From Paragordius varius (Eukaryota > Animalia > Nematomorpha), in NCBI GenBank assembly GCA_964247055.1, contig OZ176050.1:2542001-2606000 (forward strand): a stretch of DNA of 64,000 bases, given 5' to 3'. The position numbers and the translations under genes are program-made. The number at the start of each line of letters is the position of its first letter. The first letter of the stretch is position 1. Positions 55,810 to 64,000 of this stretch are shown in pieces. The notes below the pieces were generated by a model. It saw only the letters and a program-made list of their open reading frames with translations, was not told where the DNA came from and searched no databases.

Positions 55810-58408
55810 TGATATGAAAAACAGACTGCATTCAAATTGCTTAATAATACTCAATCGAAAAAAATACTGCAATAATTCCGTGCTCTTGCTTTTTAGTGCT
55901 GCTTTTATTATTGTATCATTATAAATATATTGTATAGTTAAATCAAAATATGCACATTGATGTCGGTCAATTTATAATTTTTGGCCAATAGGCAATACAC
56001 TATCATATGGGTTAAAAGAACAAACGATTGAAATTACAATTTTTTCCTATCTCACAACAATAAATTTTATTTAGTTATGGACAAAGTTCGTTTTATGTCA
56101 TACGCCACTGTATTACTAATTGGCCAACCATAATAAGATTTGACCAACATTAATGTGCATGTTGTGAATATAATAAATATCATTTGTGTCCTTTAAACTG
56201 AATTTTAAACAACCTGATTATTGGTATAAATCGTGAGAAAGTAAAAAGAATGCTCAACTTAAAAATAATATTGGTATTACACTGCTTCCGAAATCGGGGA
56301 GTGTAAAAAATATCCTGAAATATGTATATTCTGATAGGAAATAGTATTTGGAATATCATAGTGCTTTTGGCATTGGGCTTTACAGGTGATATAAGTAAGT
56401 TATTGCCACATTGCTACACCTTAGAAAATGGCGGAATTTGCGCGCATTTTTGATAAATAAAATTATTTTAGTAAAAGCTAAATGCTTAATTTTAAAATAT
56501 CATTAAATTATATTATAAACTACATATAAAAAGCAAAACAATTTAATATTTTAAATTTTGGATGCTGCGAAAGTCCCGATTTTTTAGCCCTTCTAATATG
56601 GGCATGTTCTCTTCAAATAAATGCAAAAATGCTGAGATTGCGCAATAAAACTTTTAATATGCTAAATATTCACATTAAAAAAAAGTTTTTTTCCGTAAAA
56701 ATGGATATTTTGGTTAAAAATTTAATTTATAGCATTGTTTTAAAGCTTACTTCATCTTATTTGGCATGATAGAAACGGTATAAAAACAGTTTATACCATT
56801 TGCACTTTAAGAGTGTCCTTTAACACTTCAAGTTAATCCTTGAACTTTTCATGTTGGTTCAGAAAATGATCTTTTTTCCGAAGTATCATTAGTTAAAAAA
56901 TATATTAATAATGAAAAACTTAAATTATGGACAACAGAAAAAAAATACAGTAGAAAAGAAATGGCTAGAAATATTTCATCATTTTGAAACAAACTAAGTT
57001 CCATACAAAAACATTTTAAAAATTGTGGAAGTTGCACTATCTTTACCTGGAACCAACGCTGCTACTGAACGCGTTTTTTTCCACAGTAATTCAGGTGTGG
57101 ACATCGGAAAAATCAAAATGTGCAAACTTTAAAGGCCATTTTATCTGTTTGACAAATTCTTGCGAAGACTGCTGCAATATTTTAAAAAATAATGACAATC
57201 TGCTAAAATTCACTCATATAAAAAATATACCAAAGAATAAAATGTTTTTTATATTTATAATGTATTTGTCTTAAAAATATAAGTATTACAATAAATTTTT
57301 TGCATAAAAATTTTTGGTTGTAACCCCCCCATTCCCCCCTTTTCTCAAATTTGTCCCGCTTTTTCCTTCATAAAATCTGGTCACCTTAAGTATTATATAT
57401 ATATATATATATATTAATATTATTTTAGAAATTGACGTTTTATTGATGGTTTAATACGTCATGTTTAAGATTGATATTAACAATCAAAATTATCGTCATA
57501 TAAAATAACTTTTAATTACATAATGTTGTGTTTTTCATAATTTAATAAATAGTACACGCATACACTGATCAATAATGAGTTAATTTGTCTTGCCATAAAC
57601 CTTTAAACCAATGTAGTACTTGTTTAGTACCATTTATCATGGATGAAAAAGATCCAAATCTTGCAACTTTCAATTTTCAACCACAAAATTCTCCATCACC
57701 TTTTCAGTTTAATACAACGAATACACCCCATCCTTACTCAACCGCCGCCTATTTGTCCCCAATTAGCAATTATCAAAACGTAATTAGTACAGCTAACAAT
57801 GAATCTTCTCCTAAAACAATTGAAGAGACCAGCTCTGACACAGAGAATCTTGTAGATTTTAAAGTTGAAGCAGTAAATGAAAAGGATATTATATCCCAGG
57901 AAGACGATACACAAAATAATTCGCAAAATGATGCTAATATTAATTATAACGATACAAAATCACCAGATACTGATAAAGCTGCCTTAATTAATGATACATA
58001 TAAAAATGATTTCTACAACACTGCTGGAATCAGGAAATGGCAAGAAATAATAGCCTATTTTACCATACAAACACTATTAAGCATATGTTTAGACAATTAA
58101 ATAAATGTCTTAATAAGTCTACAAATAATTTACCAAATAAAGATCCATACGAAGAAACGGAAGATAATCAATCAGTTAGGGGAGAAAAGAAAGACAAAAC
58201 GCCAGAAATGTATGGACCAAATGACAGTTTTTATATATCCCGTTCGTTTGAGCTTTGGCAAAAGACAAAGCCTAACCCCTGTATATTACAAGGACCAGCC
58301 ATAAGTACACAACAGAGAAAAAGTAAATAGACGTCCCTTCATTTTGAGGAGAATTTAAGCCAAGAAGCCGAAATTTGCAAACAGTTGGAGGAATATTCGC
58401 GACAAGTT
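55040..58408 (+). repeat. Tandem segmental duplication, copy A
   Basis: Repeated at 60617-64000 with offset 5577, becoming 5592 after a 15-bp indel. The ORF track shows the same peptides in both copies. Confidence 0.97.
56570..57388 (+). mobile_element. hAT (Blackjack-like) 3' relic, duplicated at about 62162-62980
   Basis: Dimerisation-domain remnant KKWLEIFHHF...LKIVEVALSLPGTNAATERVF. Right TIR in reverse complement is TAAGGTGACCAGAT, with GTCCCG subterminal motifs. Left boundary approximate. Confidence 0.75.
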
Positions 58409-58560
58409 TCGCAAAACTTGGAGTCCATATATGTGATGTATAAAAATGAACGGTATAGAGAACGTCAATTTGAAAAAAAATAGTCCAAAAATTAGTGAAA
58501 AAATATACAGACCTTGAAGTAGAATCTCTAACTGATCTTGTGGTGGGACCCAATAAAAAG
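57639..58560 (+). pseudogene. Disrupted ORF of unknown family (MDEKDPNLATFNFQ...), duplicated at 63231-64000
   Basis: Coding-like sequence continues through a frameshift near 58030, an in-frame TAG at 58328-58330 and a poly-A frameshift near 58475. The first two lesions are also present in copy B; the third lies beyond the window edge in B. Confidence 0.5.
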
Positions 58561-58975
58561 GTTTCTAATATACATTATTTCATCAATATTGCTTTCATCT
58601 CTAAAGAATTAAATCATTGATCATTCATAGTAAAACATAAGCTGTTACAGAAAGTAAAAATAATTAAATTTTTAAACATGCTTTTGTCCCTTAAAAGTTT
58701 TCATGTAAATATGGTTAATTTTTAAAATAAAATTTAGAAATGCCGCTTAACAAATTATTTTAAAAATTATGATAAGAATGAATAAAAGGTATAATTCTCT
58801 ATGGACGTCTTATTATTAATAATTCTTAAGCTTAATAAACATTTCTGTTTCCTTTTTAGAACGAAAGCAATCCAAGACCGCTGATACAAACACAAGAATG
58901 AAAGTAAAGGGCAAAGGGAAAAAGTCATTTCAAAAGAAGAAACGAAGCAAGTCGTTGCAAAGCGCAAACTATTAA

Positions 58976-59466
58976 GTGTATCGTCTTCATGGAATATCAC
59001 ATCCTTTCCATTTACGGCTTCAGTTTTAAAATCTACAAGATTCTCTATGTCAGCGCTGGTGTCTTCAATTGTTTTAGGAGAAGATGCATTGTTAACTGTA
59101 CTAATTACGTTTTGATAATTGCTAATTGGGGACAAATAGGCGGCGGGTGAGTATGGTTGGGGTGTATTCGTTGTATTTAGTTGAAAAGGTGATGGAAAAT
59201 TTTGTGGTTGAAAATTGAAAGTTGCAAGATTTGGATCTTCATCCATCATGAATGGTACTAAACAGGTACTGCATTGGTTAAAAGATTTATGGCAAGTTTG
59301 ACAAATTATAAACTCGTTATTGATCAGTGTATGCGTGTACTATTTATTGAAATATTAAAAAACACAACTTTATGTAATTGAAGGATATTTTTCTATGACG
59401 ATAATTTTGATTGTTAATACCAATCTTAAACATGACGTATTTACCAACAATATAACGTCAATTTCT
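58976..59466 (-). repeat. Inverted, diverged copy of 57426-57912
   Basis: Reverse-complement match that includes the MDEDPNLATFNFQ ORF start. The spacer between the arms is about 1.06 kb. Confidence 0.92.
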
Positions 59467-59790
59467 TGTATATAAAATATGATAAATTAATATTAATATA
59501 AATATTGATCAATAACCTCGGAATTTTGATTTACGTGGTTCGATATTCGAATATTAATTGAACAAATTATTTTTCAATGTACTTAAATATGTAGGCAAAA
59601 TAAATAAAAATTATAGAGCCATAGAAATGTTTATTATCGTATTCTATAAATAAAGTGTATTTAATATTTTAGGGTTTGACTGTCGTTTTTACTATGCTCC
59701 GTAATACCATACTTTATTAATATTTTATTCAACATTAAATTCTGTTAATAAGTATGCATAATTTTAAAACAATTATTTTGATGATATCAT

Positions 59791-60450
59791 AAGGGGTGGC
59801 CAACCTTTTTTTCCCGCGGGCACGTATAAATATTAAGTAATAAAAGATTTATTTATCACAACACATATATATATATATATCCCTATTTACGTATTGGGGT
59901 GACTAACACAGGTCATTACAAAATTAATTCTACAAAAAATAATTATTTTTGGGGAGTTATTTTTATATAGAATCTTAATTTTATCAAAATATATAATAAT
60001 GATTAAGAAGATCTCTGGTTACCATAATCAGTGTATAAATACTAAAACTTTTACATTCAATTTATTAAATTTACAATGTATAATTAACTGTACATCTTGC
60101 AACGGATTTCGGATGATTGAAATAAAAAATGGATCTGTAGCTCTTGGCCAAGAATATAATTTATTAGATTTTATGGATCTCTGCATACCTGGTTTAAAAT
60201 AATGGACATATGCTTCAAGTTAGCAGTCAAATCGAAAAGAGTGTCACGCCGCAGTTTTAAGTTTAGTTACAAGAAATTGGTGTAGACATACTAATTGATA
60301 CAGATGAAAGATGGTTAAGTCAGGCTCAATTTTTAGAATTTTTACTAAAACTATATATAACAGACGAAAGATTATTATATCCACAATTAAAAGATCTTAA
60401 ATCGCTTCTTGATAATGCTTTTTGATGTAATATTTCAGAAAAATTGCACA
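59791..60450 (+). mobile_element. Degenerate hAT relic next to the duplication breakpoint
   Basis: TIR-like AGGGGTGGCCAACCTTTTT, with fragments KNGSVAL and DTDERWLSQ. Right end not found. Confidence 0.45.
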
Positions 60451-60616
60451 CTACAGATCAATTGAAAAACAGTGATTTAAAATTTAATTGACGTAATCTG
60501 AAATGTTGCTTTTATAAATATATCGATAATATAATTAATCATTTTGAGAAAAGATTTTTGTCAATACATAAGCTCAAATACTGTTACATGCGGATTTTCA
60601 TTGATATTGTCATTAT

Positions 60617-63600
60617 ATTCGGAAAAGATCAAAAGAATAATTGTGTCCGTGGCATCACGACGCATTAAAACTAAGCCAACAACTTTGGAAAATAATACCA
60701 CGGGGATAATAAGTAATCAAATTGATGCAAATACGGAATATTTCCCTAAAAGTAATGATTATACGCCATTTAACGAAATAATTAATAAGCGAATTCCTCG
60801 GTTTACATATAGCCCATTAATTACAATGTTATCTACATTGATACCGGTTCCCAACTCTAATGTACGAAACCGGATTTTTATTTACCCAGAAAATAGTACA
60901 ACAAATACTGGACAATCTAAACTTCGACAAAACAAAATCAAATCCAATGATTAATTATCAAATGTAAATCGAGCATTGGTACTTAAGGACACACCTGTTA
61001 AAACGCATTACATAAACATAACGAATCACAATATTAGAAATATTAGAGTGGATTTACACAGGATAAAGGTGGGCCCTGATTCGAATGTGACAGAACAAAA
61101 ATTAGTGGCTAAAGATACATTTGTATCAATCAGTCCTCAAACAAATGCATCATTGTTAAATAAAGCCAATATTATGTACACCACTCCATTGGCATATAAT
61201 ACGCGCAAAAAATTATACTTTTTCCCGCGTAAATTAAAAAATGGTCAGAAAAATTTCACGAGTCTACCAAAATTCACAGATTACAAAAACTTTAGTTTTG
61301 CAACTATGTACAAAAAGATGGATAAGTATTCTCTTTTCAAACATATATTTGGTTACAAATCCAATCAAGCAACACCCCTAACTAATATTTTAAAAAAATA
61401 ATGATATGAAAAACAGACTGCATTCAAATTGCTTAATAATACTCAATCGAAAAAAATACTGCAATAATTCCGTGCTCTTGCTTTTTAGTGCTGCTTTTAT
61501 TATTGTATCATTATAAATATATTGTATAGTTAAATCAAAATATGCACATTGATGTCGGTCAATTTATAATTTTTGGCCAATAGGCAATACACTATCATAT
61601 GGGTTAAAAGAACAAACGATTGAAATTACAATTTTTTCCTATCTCACAACAATAAATTTTATTTAGTTATGGACAAAGTTCGTTTTATGTCATACGCCAC
61701 TGTATTACTAATTGGCCAACCATAATAAGATTTGACCAACATTAATGTGCATGTTGTGAATATAATAAATATCATTTGTGTCCTTTAAACTGAATTTTAA
61801 ACAACCTGATTATTGGTATAAATCGTGAGAAAGTAAAAAGAATGCTCAACTTAAAAATAATATTGGTATTACACTGCTTCCGAAATCGGGGAGTGTAAAA
61901 AATATCCTGAAATATGTATATTCTGATAGGAAATAGTATTTGGAATATCATAGTGCTTTTGGCATTGGGCTTTACAGGTGATATAAGTAAGTTATTGCCA
62001 CATTGCTACACCTTAGAAAATGGCGGAATTTGCGCGCATTTTTGATAAATAAAATTATTTTAGTAAAAGCTAAATGCTTAATTTTAAAATATCATTAAAT
62101 TATATTATAAACTACATATAAAAAGCAAAACAATTTAATATTTTAAATTTTGGATGCTGCGAAAGTCCCGATTTTTTAGCCCTTCTAATATGGGCATGTT
62201 CTCTTCAAATAAATGCAAAAATGCTGAGATTGCGCAATAAAACTTTTAATATGCTAAATATTCACATTAAAAAAAAGTTTTTTTCCGTAAAAATGGATAT
62301 TTTGGTTAAAAATTTAATTTATAGCATTGTTTTAAAGCTTACTTCATCTTATTTGGCATGATAGAAACGGTATAAAAACAGTTTATACCATTTGCACTTT
62401 AAGAGTGTCCTTTAACACTTCAAGTTAATCCTTGAACTTTTCATGTTGGTTCAGAAAATGATCTTTTTTCCGAAGTATCATTAGTTAAAAAATATATTAA
62501 TAATGAAAAACTTAAATTATGGACAACAGAAAAAAAATACAGTAGAAAAGAAATGGCTAGAAATATTTCATCATTTTGAAACAAACTAAGTTCCATACAA
62601 AAACATTTTAAAAATTGTGGAAGTTGCACTATCTTTACCTGGAACCAACGCTGCTACTGAACGCGTTTTTTTCCACAGTAATTCAGGTGTGGACATCGGA
62701 AAAATCAAAATGTGCAAACTTTAAAGGCCATTTTATCTGTTTGACAAATTCTTGCGAAGACTGCTGCAATATTTTAAAAAATAATGACAATCTGCTAAAA
62801 TTCACTCATATAAAAAATATACCAAAGAATAAAATGTTTTTTATATTTATAATGTATTTGTCTTAAAAATATAAGTATTACAATAAATTTTTTGCATAAA
62901 AATTTTTGGTTGTAACCCCCCCATTCCCCCCTTTTCTCAAATTTGTCCCGCTTTTTCCTTCATAAAATCTGGTCACCTTAAGTATTATATATATATATAT
63001 ATATATTAATATTATTTTAGAAATTGACGTTTTATTGATGGTTTAATACGTCATGTTTAAGATTGATATTAACAATCAAAATTATCGTCATATAAAATAA
63101 CTTTTAATTACATAATGTTGTGTTTTTCATAATTTAATAAATAGTACACGCATACACTGATCAATAATGAGTTAATTTGTCTTGCCATAAACCTTTAAAC
63201 CAATGTAGTACTTGTTTAGTACCATTTATCATGGATGAAAAAGATCCAAATCTTGCAACTTTCAATTTTCAACCACAAAATTCTCCATCACCTTTTCAGT
63301 TTAATACAACGAATACACCCCATCCTTACTCAACCGCCGCCTATTTGTCCCCAATTAGCAATTATCAAAACGTAATTAGTACAGCTAACAATGAATCTTC
63401 TCCTAAAACAATTGAAGACACCAGCTCTGACACAGAGAATCTTGTAGATTTTAAAGTTGAAGCAGTAAATGAAAAGGATATTATATCCCAGGAAGACGAT
63501 ACACAAAATAATTCGCAAAATGATGCTAATATTAATTATAACGATACAAAATCACCAGATACTGATAAAGCTGCCTTAATTAATGATACATATAAAAATG

Positions 63601-64000
63601 ATTTCTACAACACTGCTGGAATCAGGAAATGGCAAGAAATAATAGCCTATTTTACCATACAAACACTATTAAGCATATGTTTAGACAATTAAATAAATGT
63701 CTTAATAAGTCTACAAATAATTTACCAAATAAAGATCCATACGAAGAAACGGAAGATAATCAATCAGTTAGGGGAGAAAAGAAAGACAAAACGCCAGAAA
63801 TGTATGGACCAAATGACAGTTTTTATATATCCCGTTCGTTTGAGCTTTGGCAAAAGACAAAGCCTAACCCCTGTATATTACAAGGACCAGCCATAAGTAC
63901 ACAACAGAGAAAAAGTAAATAGACGTCCCTTCATTTTGAGGAGAATTTAAGCCAAGAAGCCGAAATTTGCAAACAGTTGGAGGAATATTCGCGACAAGTT
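60617..64000 (+). repeat. Tandem segmental duplication, copy B, starting with a 5'-truncated and disrupted copy of the last exon of the Cys-module gene
   Basis: Homology begins abruptly at ATTCGGAAAAG (60617). The reading frame is broken near 60950. The copy runs off the window edge. Confidence 0.95.

Noticed and set aside
58328-58330. In-frame TAG followed by coding-like sequence, suggesting readthrough or an alternative genetic code
   Set aside because: The same ORF also has frameshifts, and none of the conserved genes contains an internal stop. Pseudogene decay is the simpler explanation.

Overview
This is very AT-rich eukaryotic (metazoan) genomic DNA with GT-AG introns, and no prokaryotic features, CRISPR arrays or RNA genes were seen. 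All gene models were spliced by hand. Confident genes: TAK1/MAP3K7 (minus, 10 exons, almost absent from the ORF track), two tandem GDA1/CD39 NTPDases, an RNF24/RNF122-like RING-H2 ligase, a ZP-domain transmembrane protein, GPALPP1 and Rab6. Less certain: a Cys-module/mucin-like gene and a pair of orphan paralogues. Transposon content: three Mos1-like mariner relics, Buster/Charlie-type hAT elements (one with a perfect 8-bp TSD), a TTAA-flanked piggyBac-like MITE in three copies (one nested in a hAT), a foldback-like MITE and gypsy relics. The right end carries a tandem duplication (offset 5592 bp, at least 3.4 kb) and a ~490-bp inverted repeat. Main observations: (1) nine coding introns of only 23-31 nt, required to restore conserved proteins and concentrated at the 5' ends of three genes that sit in very compact head-to-head pairs; (2) Rab6 has two alternative 68-nt last exons, each ending in a CxC prenylation motif. 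The taxon cannot be determined from the sequence. Family assignments rest on recalled motifs, not database searches.
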